Of a stretch of 64,000 nt of DNA, positions 9,701 to 17,815 are shown piece after piece. The stretch lies in the IMG/VR virus record IMGVR_UViG_3300037408_000506; one strand, given 5' to 3'. The DNA is from a virus. A program made the translations under genes and the position numbers. The notes under the pieces were generated by a model, which had not been told where the DNA came from, ran no database searches, and worked only from the letters and a program-made list of their open reading frames with translations. Numbering within the stretch: the first letter of the stretch is position 1; every line of letters starts with the position of its first letter.

Positions 9701-11210
9701 TGCGCGGGCAGATGGCACGACCGATGTCCAGATCATGCGTTTGGATTACCAGGGCAACGTGGCCATCGGGACGCACACGACGGCGACGGAGCGCTTGGAC
9801 CTCCAGGACGGGTCCGCCAACGGGGCAATCCGGGTGGGCAATACGGCGAGTAGTAACGCGGGCACCATCAAGTACACGAGCAACACGTTCAGCGGCTACA
9901 ATGGGTCGTCTTGGGTCAACTTCGGTGCCGGTGCCCCAGCGGGCAGCACGGGCTATGTGCAGTTCAATAATGCGGGGGCGTTTGCGGCAGATGCGGCATT
10001 GTTTTGGGACAACACGAATAAACGTGTAGGCATTGGAACGGTCAGTCCAAGCGCTCCAATCCATGTTTATTCTAGTGGTGCGACGAATCCACTGCATCAG
10101 GTGCAGTTGGAGGCACAGACGACGGCGGGGAATGGTGGACAGGTACTCTTGCAGACGTCGCGGGCGGCTGGAGCGGCTTCGCAGTCGGGAGACTACATCG
10201 GTGGGATCAAGTGGCAGGGGCGGAATACGACTCCCGCCTACTCCAATAGCGCAGCGGTGTTCGGTCTAGTCGATGCGAGTCCGACTGCGTCTGCGGTGCC
10301 GACAGCGATCACGTTTTGGACGATGAATTCCAGTGCGAGTTGGGCAGAACGTTTGCGTATTTCTAGCGATGGCAAGGTTGCCACGGGGGCCGAGAGCGCG
10401 CCCGACGTCGATCCCGGTGGCCTCTGCATCCACCATGGAGCCAACGATGGGTATCCGCTGACGTTCAAGAACAGCGACGTCAACCATCCGTTCACGGCGA
10501 TCTGCGAGGCGGACACGTATCTCCGCACCAACAAGACGGATTCCGCCGCAGGTGGCGCGAATTTCGTCGGACTGGGCACAGGCACGGGCGGCATTGGCCT
10601 CTTGCTGGGAGGGGCCAACTCGAACCCCGTGAGTGGCACGTCCGATGGGTGTGTTTGCATTGTTGGGTACAAGAGCAACGGGACGACGGGGTTTGCGGCG
10701 TTGGCCGCGACGGAGAACTTGGCGGCCTTCCGTAGCTACACGACGACGCAGGTCATCATCAAGGGGTCGGGCGACATCCACACCGTGGCCGGATTGAAGA
10801 TCGGGGCCTATGGCCAGACAGCGGCGGCGGGGGCCATCGAATGGAACGGCACCAATTTCCGAGGGTACACGGGGAGCGCGTGGAAGAACTTGGACGCGGG
10901 CGGGGCCACGGTGGACGCGGGCACGGCCCAGGGCCAGGTCTTGTTCTGGAACAACGCGGGCAGCGCGTGGACCTACGCGGAGACCTCGGAGTGGGTCTGG
11001 GATGACACCAACAAGCGGGTGGGCATCAACGAGGCAGCCCCCAGTTCGCGCCTGGACGTGGGCGGGGACGTGGAGATCGCCAGCAACGGCTGGCACTACT
11101 ACGGTGATCCGAGCACGGATGGGTCATGGCGCACGGGGCGGGTGAGTGCGGATCTGGTGGTGCAGAAGCGGGAGAGCGGCACCTGGAATACGAAGCACAC
11201 GTTCTCGTGA
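6792..11210 (+). CDS. Long modular tail fibre protein 1
   Basis: 1472 aa, G/S/T/A-rich; repeated ...NGYxLxTNGSGVTSW...QxNNxGAF... shaft modules alternate with ERMRIxSxGxVGIG beta-domains typical of phage fibres. Confidence 0.85.
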   Translation: MSLTMPYGQNHYMGECATESAALVWIRDNKWDSAGNGTGNPQAGMAFFDTGATKLKVHDGSAWVALGSATPGGSSGQIQYNNSSAFGGASQLYWDSGNAGLAYGKTTVDGSRIDVVTVEGTYPYQATMHGSNQSYGCFVSIRKARGSQGSETTVADGDPIGGVSLRAYGSAYTTVAAIKATVSGTVSGNNIPTKLELQTHNGTAFDTRVLITAAGKVGIANASPVALLALGTAGTTAGSLSLAGATSGTCTIQVAAAAGTVTFQLPSTNGTNGYYLQTNGSGVTSWAQVTAAAAGSTGYVQFNNAGALAGDAAFFWDNTNKRLGIGCTDPVNAVEISKDTANTSMFASVFSSSTNYASVYVQRGRGTRASKSAVQSGDRLGQFGFAGYYDTSGNYGCAFVAAYATENWGAGARGSDLRFEVTAATTATVSERMRITSAGNVFIGTTAGVSVGATTQTHPLIVYGTDATPQFNGIISEGGACPGRFNGHRHNGTYGTKTAVATTQNILAINALGWDGGTTPTYVNAAAISFTVDGTVAEDSVPGKIIFYTREVGNTVGPYERMVITNAGRVGIGNNAPSAMLTLGTNGIISGAIDLLGATSGTCTVRVAAVAGTSTVFQLPVTNGTNGYFLRTDGTGVTSWAAVSATPAGSNTQVQYNNSGAFGASANFTFSGTTLTVGGDSALAYSYVECYGTSYTPSAVTRRGRGSRATPTAVNSGDVLGVVNWQGHDGSGWGNAAFIQANAENNFSGSYHQASLLFYMMNGVSQTERMRLTSAGKLGIANVSPSALLTLGTAGTTAGTLSLAGSSSGTCTVQVAAAAGTTTFQLPASNGTNGYFLQTNGSGVTTWAAASVTPAGSNYQLQYYNSGAFGASANLTWDGTSRLYVYGDGNYATVETWCYATGTTTAAIHGYYRFNGSKSSYSAVTTGDILGEELFHGSYNASSYAVGWRVGAVAKSSWSSGNQPSYFRFIARADGTTDVQIMRLDYQGNVAIGTHTTATERLDLQDGSANGAIRVGNTASSNAGTIKYTSNTFSGYNGSSWVNFGAGAPAGSTGYVQFNNAGAFAADAALFWDNTNKRVGIGTVSPSAPIHVYSSGATNPLHQVQLEAQTTAGNGGQVLLQTSRAAGAASQSGDYIGGIKWQGRNTTPAYSNSAAVFGLVDASPTASAVPTAITFWTMNSSASWAERLRISSDGKVATGAESAPDVDPGGLCIHHGANDGYPLTFKNSDVNHPFTAICEADTYLRTNKTDSAAGGANFVGLGTGTGGIGLLLGGANSNPVSGTSDGCVCIVGYKSNGTTGFAALAATENLAAFRSYTTTQVIIKGSGDIHTVAGLKIGAYGQTAAAGAIEWNGTNFRGYTGSAWKNLDAGGATVDAGTAQGQVLFWNNAGSAWTYAETSEWVWDDTNKRVGINEAAPSSRLDVGGDVEIASNGWHYYGDPSTDGSWRTGRVSADLVVQKRESGTWNTKHTFS

Positions 11211-11214
11211 GGAC

Positions 11215-11230
11215 GCGAACCCAGGTTCGC
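11215..11230. promoter_or_regulatory. 16-bp palindrome copy 2
   Basis: GCGAACCCAGGTTCGC in the 36-bp gap between the two long fibre genes. Confidence 0.8.
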
Positions 11231-11246
11231 CTGGTGAGGAGTACCG

Positions 11247-14200
11247 ATGGGCATTCAGTACGATAGCGCGAACAATCAGGTGGTCTTCAGCGGGGATGCC
11301 TATGTGAAGCGGACGGCGGCGGGCGCGGTGCAGGTGGGCAACGCCACGACCGGGCCGGTGTTCTCGGATCATGCGTTGTTCACGGCGATCACGGCACCAG
11401 CGACTCCGGCAGCGGGCAAGGGGCGGTTGTACACGGCGGGGGCCAGTGGGTCGGAGGAGTTGTACTGGCTGAACAGTGGGGGCAGTGCGAAGAGTCTGTC
11501 TGCGCCGACACCGCCCAGCGGCGACACCAAGGTGATCTACAACGACGGCGGGGCCTGGGCCGCAGCGGACGTCTACTACACCAAGGGCAACGGGTATCTC
11601 GGGGTGGGCCAGGCCACGCCGGGCGAGCGCCTGCACCTCAAGGACGGTTCGGGCAACGGCGCGGTCGTGCTCGGGGCGCACCAGAACGCGACGGCCATCG
11701 CGGGCACCGTGGAGTGGACGGGGACGGCGCTGCGCTGGTACGACGGGTCGGTTTGGAAGAGTGCGGGCATCGAGCTGACCGATCCGTTGCTGTACAAGGG
11801 GGTCATCGACTGCTCGACGAACCCCAACTATCCGGCAGCGGACGCGGGGTTCACCTACCGCATCAGCGTGGCGGGCAAGATCGGCGGGGCCAGCGGGCCG
11901 AACGTCGAGGCGGGCGACATGCTGGTCTGCCATGTGGATGGGTCCGCAGCGGGCACCCACGCCGTCGTGGGGGCCAACTGGGACATCCTCCAGATCAATT
12001 TGGACGGGGCGGTGATTGGACCGACGAGCGCGACGGATTCGGCGGTCGCGCTGTTCGATTCGACGACGGGGAAGTTGATCAAGAACTCGCTGGTCACGAT
12101 TGACGGGAGCGGGTCGGTTAACATTCCGAGCGGGCAGAGCTACAAGATCAATGGGACCGCGTTGACGGCGGCGAACGTGGGGGCGGAGCCGACGTTGCCG
12201 TTGAGTACGCGAGGAGATCTGCTCTACCGCAACGCGAGCAACGTGACGGCGCGGTTGGCTGTGGGGACGAACGAGCAGGTGATCACGACGAACGGGACCG
12301 ACGTATCCTGGGGGGCGGTGCCAGGGCGGCACGATGCCGTGACGTTGGCGACGTCAGCGACCACGGGCGGGCTTGGCCTGTCTACGCAGGAGATCAGCTT
12401 CCAGGCGGCGTCAGGGTCCACGAACGGGTATCTGACGAGCACCAACTGGACCACGTTCAACAGTAAGGTGAGCGGGGCGGCGGGTAGCAACACCGAAATC
12501 CAGTACAACAGCAGTGGTGCGTTCGGGGCTGATAGCAATCTTGTCTGGGACAACAGCAATAAGCGGTTGGGCGTGGGGACGACGCCCAGCTACCGTCTGC
12601 ATGTGGTGTCCGCGACCGGATCAGCGGCGTGGGTGACGAACGCGGACACGGCAGTGTCGATAGGGACGGCGGCCTCTGGGCTGTCGTTGCAGAACTCCGA
12701 TAGCACGACGGACAACTTCACCAACATCTCGTTTCGAGATGCCGTGTCGGCGACGGGCGGCATCTACATGCAGAACGTCGATCAGACGAACCACTACGGC
12801 AAGTTCCATGTCGTCATGCGCGGGGCAGACGGTTGGCTCTCGCGAGTGATCGTGACCAATGACGGCAAGGTGGGCATCGGAACATCAAGTCCTGATACAC
12901 GACTTGAGGTAAGTGGCGGCCTAGTAAACATTGCATATTCTGGAGCAGATGGTGCATTTAATGAGATTTTCAGATCGCAAATTGCAGGAAATGTTGGAGT
13001 TTCAAATTGGCGCAATTCGATATGGAGTTCCGTTTCCAGTACCCCTTCAGCTTCTAAGTTAAAGTTTGCATTATGTTCATCGCAGACGACACAGGTCGAT
13101 GTGATGACGTTGTGTGGCAATGGTCGCGTAGGCATTGGGAACACAGCGCCCTCGTACATCCTGCATACGTCGGTCGATGGGCGTGGCGACGTCCAGTTCG
13201 ACTCGCACAGCGCCTCGGACGATGGGACGTTCTTGTGGTTGCGGCGGAGCGGCGGTACGCAGGCGAGTCCGGCAGCGGTGCCATCGGGGCATCGGTTGGG
13301 GAACATCGCCTTCGCAGGGTACTATGATGCGTCCAATTCGAGTTGGGGTGCCGTGATCCAGTCCATGGCCTATGGGCTGTGGTCGGCTACGAATCGCGGA
13401 GCCTGCCTGCAATTCTACACGACGACCACGGGCACGACCGCACTGACCGAGCGCATGCGGATCATCGACAACGGGTACGTGGGGATCGGAGCCACCGCGC
13501 CCGATGCGAAGTTGCAGGTTAATACCTGGGCCGAGAGCAATGTCGTAGGAAATACGCCGACCGTCCTGGTTTGGGGCAACGTGGGCATGTCCGATACATC
13601 CGAGACGGTGCTGCGCTTGCAGCGGCCTGTGGTGAATGGGACGTCGTACAACGGCGGCGTTGACTTCAACATCTACAGGTACAATACGAGCGGAGTTTCG
13701 CCATACACGCAGATGAACATCGCGTTGAAGGCGGTGGCATCGTATACGCAGACGGCCACGGTCAACGTGATCTCGATGCGAGATACCGGGAATGTAGGCA
13801 TCGGCAACGTCGCGCCAGACACGTTGCTCACCTTGGGCACGGTGGGATCGACGGCGGGGGCGATCAAGATCGCGGGTTTGACCAGCGGGACGTGTACGGT
13901 GCGTGTCGCAGCGGCGGCGGGAAGCGGTACGATCTTCGAGTTGCCCGCGACCAATGGCACCGATGGGTACGTCCTGAAGACCAACGGGTCGGGGGTGACG
14001 AGTTGGGTGGCGGCAAGTGGGGGATCGCCAGGGGGCAGTGACACCTATGTGCAGTACAACAATGCGAGTGCCTTCGGGGGCATGGACACCTTCCGGTGGA
14101 GTGCCAGCACGTTCAAGCTGATCTTGGGGAAGGTGGGACAGGCGGCGAATGTGCAGTTGGCGGGAAGCACGTCTGGGACGGTGGACATTGCGGCACCAGC

Positions 14201-16310
14201 GACGGTGACGAGCTACACGTTGACGCTGCCTGCGAACGATGGCTCCAGCGGCCAGTTTTTGCAAACCAACGGCAGCGGAACGTGTACGTGGGTTGCGCAG
14301 AGTTACAATGCGGACACCTTTGGGATCAGCGCAGAGACGACGGACACGACGTGTTTCCCGGTTTTCGTGACGGCCAATACGGGCAACCTCGCAGCCAAGG
14401 TCAACGCTTACCTGCTCTACAACGCCTCGACAGGATTGTTGACGTTGGGCGCGTCGGGCTCGACCAAGACCGGAATGTTGGGTTTGGCCGGGGCGACGAG
14501 TGGACTGGTGACGGTGACGACGGCAGCGGTGGCGGGCACCTGGACGATGACGTTACCAGCCACCGGAGGCACGAACGGGTACTTCCTCCAGACGAACGGG
14601 AGTGGGACGTGTACGTGGGCGCTGCCGAGTGGTGGGGCTCCTGGAGGCGGGGACACATACGTCCAGTACAACAACGGCGGAGCCTTTGGGGGCGCGAGTC
14701 AACTGCTGTGGGACGAGACGAATAAGCGGTTGACGGTCGGCAATGCGACGGCGGTCATTCCAACCACGTTGCATGTCGACCGTGCCCATGGATACGCTAC
14801 GTTGGGTAGCGAGTTGGTGACGAATGGTAGTTTCACGGGCGGTACGACAGGCTGGACGCTAGGGACGAACTGGGCCTACGGCACCGATGCTGCGGTGCTC
14901 ACGAATTCAGGATCGTCGGGTACGTTGTCGCAGTCGATTACGTTGGAAGCGGACACCTACTACTATCTTGCATGGTCGCAGAAGCATTCGATTGCGTTCA
15001 ATGCCTACATTTATCCAACGCTGGGATCTGAGTATGGGCAGTTGGCAACGAGTCAAAACACCAACACCCAGTATATGAATACGACCTTTTATTCGGCGTC
15101 GGCAGGGTCAGTTGCGTTGGTTTTCAATGTTAGCGATGCGTTGAATACGGGGACCATTACGATAGATGATGTGTCGCTCAAGAAGATCACTCGGGTATCG
15201 GCTGTTGCGACATTCGTTCAGTCTGACACAGCTTCGGTACTCATGAACGATAGGAATTGCTTGGGGTTTGGGTCTGGTTCGCTTCAGTGTTCGATGACAA
15301 GCTATTCGTCAAATACGGGGTTTGGATCATTGGCGCTGAGTCGGCACGTTGCAGGAGGCAACAATACGGCATTTGGCGCATTTGCTTTGTCTAGCTTGTC
15401 AAATGGATCTGGCAACATTGCCATCGGTGCCGAGACGTTGCGGTATCTCACCTCGAACGCAACGGCAAACATCATGATCGGATCGTTGAGTGGGAAGTAC
15501 CTCTCTAGCGGCACATCAAATATTGTTCTTGGCCAGAATTCGATTGCTAATTCCAAGTATTGCAATAACAACATTTTCATTGGTGGCGGGATAGCCAATG
15601 CAGCGACCTTCAGTGGATCGTCAAACGTAGGCGTTGGGAACATTGCATTGTCATCGCTCACGACGGGGTATGATAACTTTGCGTTTGGCGGCTATGCGCT
15701 GTATTCCCTGACGACAGGTTATAGAAACACGGCGGTGGGGTATGCTGCTGGACGGTATGCCACATCAGGATCGGTAGCGAATCAGACATCGACGCTTTCC
15801 TTGTATTTGGGATATTCATCCAGATCGAGTGCGGATGGCAATACGAACGAAGTCGTGATTGGGGCGAATGCGGTCGGCAATGGCAGCAATACGTCGACCA
15901 TTGGGCATACAGACGTCACGAAGATTTACTTGCGCGGGGACATCTACAGCAACACGGCCTATGCGAAGGCCGTGGGCGGCACGAACCGAGCGGCCTACGT
16001 GGACAACACGGGGCTCATCGGTACGCTCTCATCATCCTTGCGCACGAAGCAGGATGTCGTGGACATGGAGGACGTGGGGTGGATCGACCGACTGCATCCG
16101 GTGAACTTCTGCTATCGGTCGACGCCGGGGGTGAAGCAGTACGGCCTGATCGCGGAAGAGGTCGAGGGCGTGAACCGGGACATCGTCGGGTACGATTGGG
16201 AGGGGCTACCGGACAGCGTGAACTACGACCGGCTCGTGCCCGTGCTGCTCAAGGCGGTCAAGGATCTGCGGGGCGAGGTGCAACGATTGCGGGCGGAGCT
16301 GCTGCCATAG
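11247..16310 (+). CDS. Long tail fibre protein 2 with C-terminal peptidase S74 intramolecular chaperone
   Basis: 1687 aa; C-terminal SSLRTKQDV...LHPVNFCY...YGLIAEEV...VNYDRLVPVLLKAVKDL is the S74 signature; GxxNTAxGxxAL beta-roll repeats and a CBM-like NGSFxxGxxGW domain precede it. Confidence 0.9.
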   Translation: MGIQYDSANNQVVFSGDAYVKRTAAGAVQVGNATTGPVFSDHALFTAITAPATPAAGKGRLYTAGASGSEELYWLNSGGSAKSLSAPTPPSGDTKVIYNDGGAWAAADVYYTKGNGYLGVGQATPGERLHLKDGSGNGAVVLGAHQNATAIAGTVEWTGTALRWYDGSVWKSAGIELTDPLLYKGVIDCSTNPNYPAADAGFTYRISVAGKIGGASGPNVEAGDMLVCHVDGSAAGTHAVVGANWDILQINLDGAVIGPTSATDSAVALFDSTTGKLIKNSLVTIDGSGSVNIPSGQSYKINGTALTAANVGAEPTLPLSTRGDLLYRNASNVTARLAVGTNEQVITTNGTDVSWGAVPGRHDAVTLATSATTGGLGLSTQEISFQAASGSTNGYLTSTNWTTFNSKVSGAAGSNTEIQYNSSGAFGADSNLVWDNSNKRLGVGTTPSYRLHVVSATGSAAWVTNADTAVSIGTAASGLSLQNSDSTTDNFTNISFRDAVSATGGIYMQNVDQTNHYGKFHVVMRGADGWLSRVIVTNDGKVGIGTSSPDTRLEVSGGLVNIAYSGADGAFNEIFRSQIAGNVGVSNWRNSIWSSVSSTPSASKLKFALCSSQTTQVDVMTLCGNGRVGIGNTAPSYILHTSVDGRGDVQFDSHSASDDGTFLWLRRSGGTQASPAAVPSGHRLGNIAFAGYYDASNSSWGAVIQSMAYGLWSATNRGACLQFYTTTTGTTALTERMRIIDNGYVGIGATAPDAKLQVNTWAESNVVGNTPTVLVWGNVGMSDTSETVLRLQRPVVNGTSYNGGVDFNIYRYNTSGVSPYTQMNIALKAVASYTQTATVNVISMRDTGNVGIGNVAPDTLLTLGTVGSTAGAIKIAGLTSGTCTVRVAAAAGSGTIFELPATNGTDGYVLKTNGSGVTSWVAASGGSPGGSDTYVQYNNASAFGGMDTFRWSASTFKLILGKVGQAANVQLAGSTSGTVDIAAPATVTSYTLTLPANDGSSGQFLQTNGSGTCTWVAQSYNADTFGISAETTDTTCFPVFVTANTGNLAAKVNAYLLYNASTGLLTLGASGSTKTGMLGLAGATSGLVTVTTAAVAGTWTMTLPATGGTNGYFLQTNGSGTCTWALPSGGAPGGGDTYVQYNNGGAFGGASQLLWDETNKRLTVGNATAVIPTTLHVDRAHGYATLGSELVTNGSFTGGTTGWTLGTNWAYGTDAAVLTNSGSSGTLSQSITLEADTYYYLAWSQKHSIAFNAYIYPTLGSEYGQLATSQNTNTQYMNTTFYSASAGSVALVFNVSDALNTGTITIDDVSLKKITRVSAVATFVQSDTASVLMNDRNCLGFGSGSLQCSMTSYSSNTGFGSLALSRHVAGGNNTAFGAFALSSLSNGSGNIAIGAETLRYLTSNATANIMIGSLSGKYLSSGTSNIVLGQNSIANSKYCNNNIFIGGGIANAATFSGSSNVGVGNIALSSLTTGYDNFAFGGYALYSLTTGYRNTAVGYAAGRYATSGSVANQTSTLSLYLGYSSRSSADGNTNEVVIGANAVGNGSNTSTIGHTDVTKIYLRGDIYSNTAYAKAVGGTNRAAYVDNTGLIGTLSSSLRTKQDVVDMEDVGWIDRLHPVNFCYRSTPGVKQYGLIAEEVEGVNRDIVGYDWEGLPDSVNYDRLVPVLLKAVKDLRGEVQRLRAELLP

Positions 16311-16319
16311 GAGGCGTTC

Positions 16320-16568
16320 ATGGCGTGGAGTGACAAGCAGAAGGTGTGGGCCAAAGAGATGGTCCGAGACTACTTTTACTCGGGCGAAAATGTGGCAACG
16401 CAGGACATCGAGACGCTCTTGTTTGGGGATACCGAGGGATCGCGGCAAGCAGTGGTGGTGCAGTATGCGAAGGATGTCATCAAGGTGAAGCGGTTGGCGC
16501 GAAAGGCGATCTTGACCGCTGAGATCGACGTCCTGGACGCCGAAGTGGCGGACGTCCCGGTCGATTGA
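16320..16568 (+). CDS. Small fibre-associated protein, paralog 1
   Basis: 82 aa; GGAGG SD; paralog of 16628..16885. Confidence 0.6.
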   Translation: MAWSDKQKVWAKEMVRDYFYSGENVATQDIETLLFGDTEGSRQAVVVQYAKDVIKVKRLARKAILTAEIDVLDAEVADVPVD

Positions 16569-16627
16569 AAACGTGGCCTAGAGGCGCGGCGGCGTGCTAA
16601 CGTGGCGCAAGACGTCGGAGGTGAACG

Positions 16628-16885
16628 ATGAGTTGGAGCGCAAGCGAGAAGAAGTGGGCCGAGGAGATGCTGCGGGGGTTCTATAGCGGCATGGCGATGG
16701 GATCGAGCGTGTCGGCCCAGGACATCGACACGTTGGTGTTCGGGGCCGACGAGGTGGACCGCAAGGCGGTGGCCACGGCCTACGCGCAGACCGTCATCAA
16801 GCCGCGCCTGGAGAATAGCCTGACGGCGTTGGACGACCAGGCGGCGGTGGTAGAGGTAGAGATTGCGGAGATCCCGGCCTCTTGA
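16628..16885 (+). CDS. Small fibre-associated protein, paralog 2
   Basis: 85 aa; MxWSxxxKxWAxEM...xQDIxTLxFG shared with the previous ORF. Confidence 0.6.
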   Translation: MSWSASEKKWAEEMLRGFYSGMAMGSSVSAQDIDTLVFGADEVDRKAVATAYAQTVIKPRLENSLTALDDQAAVVEVEIAEIPAS

Positions 16886-16934
16886 AATGGGGGGTCGGAC
16901 GTTGGTGCAGGATGCACGTTGAAAGGGTGAGCTG

Positions 16935-17429
16935 ATGAAGTTGAAGAACGAGCTGTGTTTCGAGGGTGACGCGGTGATGGCAAAGATCGAGAAGGTGAAG
17001 AACGTGCCGGTGGCCTGGGCCATGGCCCGGAACCGGGAGAAGCTGGAGAAGCCGCTGGCGGACGTGCGCAAGATGCTGGAGAGCACGGCGGCGATGAAGG
17101 CGTTGAACGAGGCGATCCAGAAGGCGGCGGAGGCGCACGCGGAGAAGAACGCGGACGGCAAGCCGAAGACCGAGATCGCGGATGATCGCGTGATGATGCG
17201 GTTGGCGGACACGGCGGGGTACACGGCGGCGGTGGAGGCCCTGCGGGCGTCCGAGGAGCACGCCCAGGCCCTCGCGGACGAGAAGGAACTGAAGGACAAG
17301 GAGACGTCCCTGCTGGCCGAGACGGTCGACTTCGAGCCGTACAAGCTCAAGCTGGACCGCGTGAAGGACGGCGACATGGACGGCGCGCAGATGAAGGTAC
17401 TGTACAAGATGGGCATTTTGGAGGAGTAG
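16935..17429 (+). CDS. Hypothetical helical, charged phage protein
   Basis: 164 aa, K/E-rich; SD present; in the late gene run. Confidence 0.55.
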   Translation: MKLKNELCFEGDAVMAKIEKVKNVPVAWAMARNREKLEKPLADVRKMLESTAAMKALNEAIQKAAEAHAEKNADGKPKTEIADDRVMMRLADTAGYTAAVEALRASEEHAQALADEKELKDKETSLLAETVDFEPYKLKLDRVKDGDMDGAQMKVLYKMGILEE

Positions 17430-17454
17430 CGCACACCCGAGAGGAGGCGATGCC

Positions 17455-17781
17455 ATGGATCTCGTCAGCATTCTGATCACCCCGCAGGTCTTGTTCATTG
17501 CGGCAGGGACGGTGGCGGCGATCTACTTCTTGGGCCAGTTCCCCGTGCGCGGGGGGCGGCTCTCGCGAGTGCGGTGGTGGCGTCGCCTCCTGCCGATCCT
17601 GCCGATCCTGATCGGGGTGGGGGCGGCCTTCCTCCCCGGGACGCTCCCCATCGAGGAGGGGGCCCCGCCCCTGGCGTGGGGGAGTCGCCTCCTGATCGGG
17701 GCGTGGGCCGGGCTGGTGGCCGCGCAGGGGCGCAAGGTCATCAAGCGCCTGGCGGTGGACAAGCTGGAACCCAAGACCTGA
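17455..17781 (+). CDS. Putative holin
   Basis: 108 aa, three hydrophobic segments, basic C-terminal tail; GAGGAGG SD. Confidence 0.55.
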   Translation: MDLVSILITPQVLFIAAGTVAAIYFLGQFPVRGGRLSRVRWWRRLLPILPILIGVGAAFLPGTLPIEEGAPPLAWGSRLLIGAWAGLVAAQGRKVIKRLAVDKLEPKT

Positions 17782-17815
17782 TCGCGCCGGGCGCGAGCGG
17801 AAGGGATAGACACGC

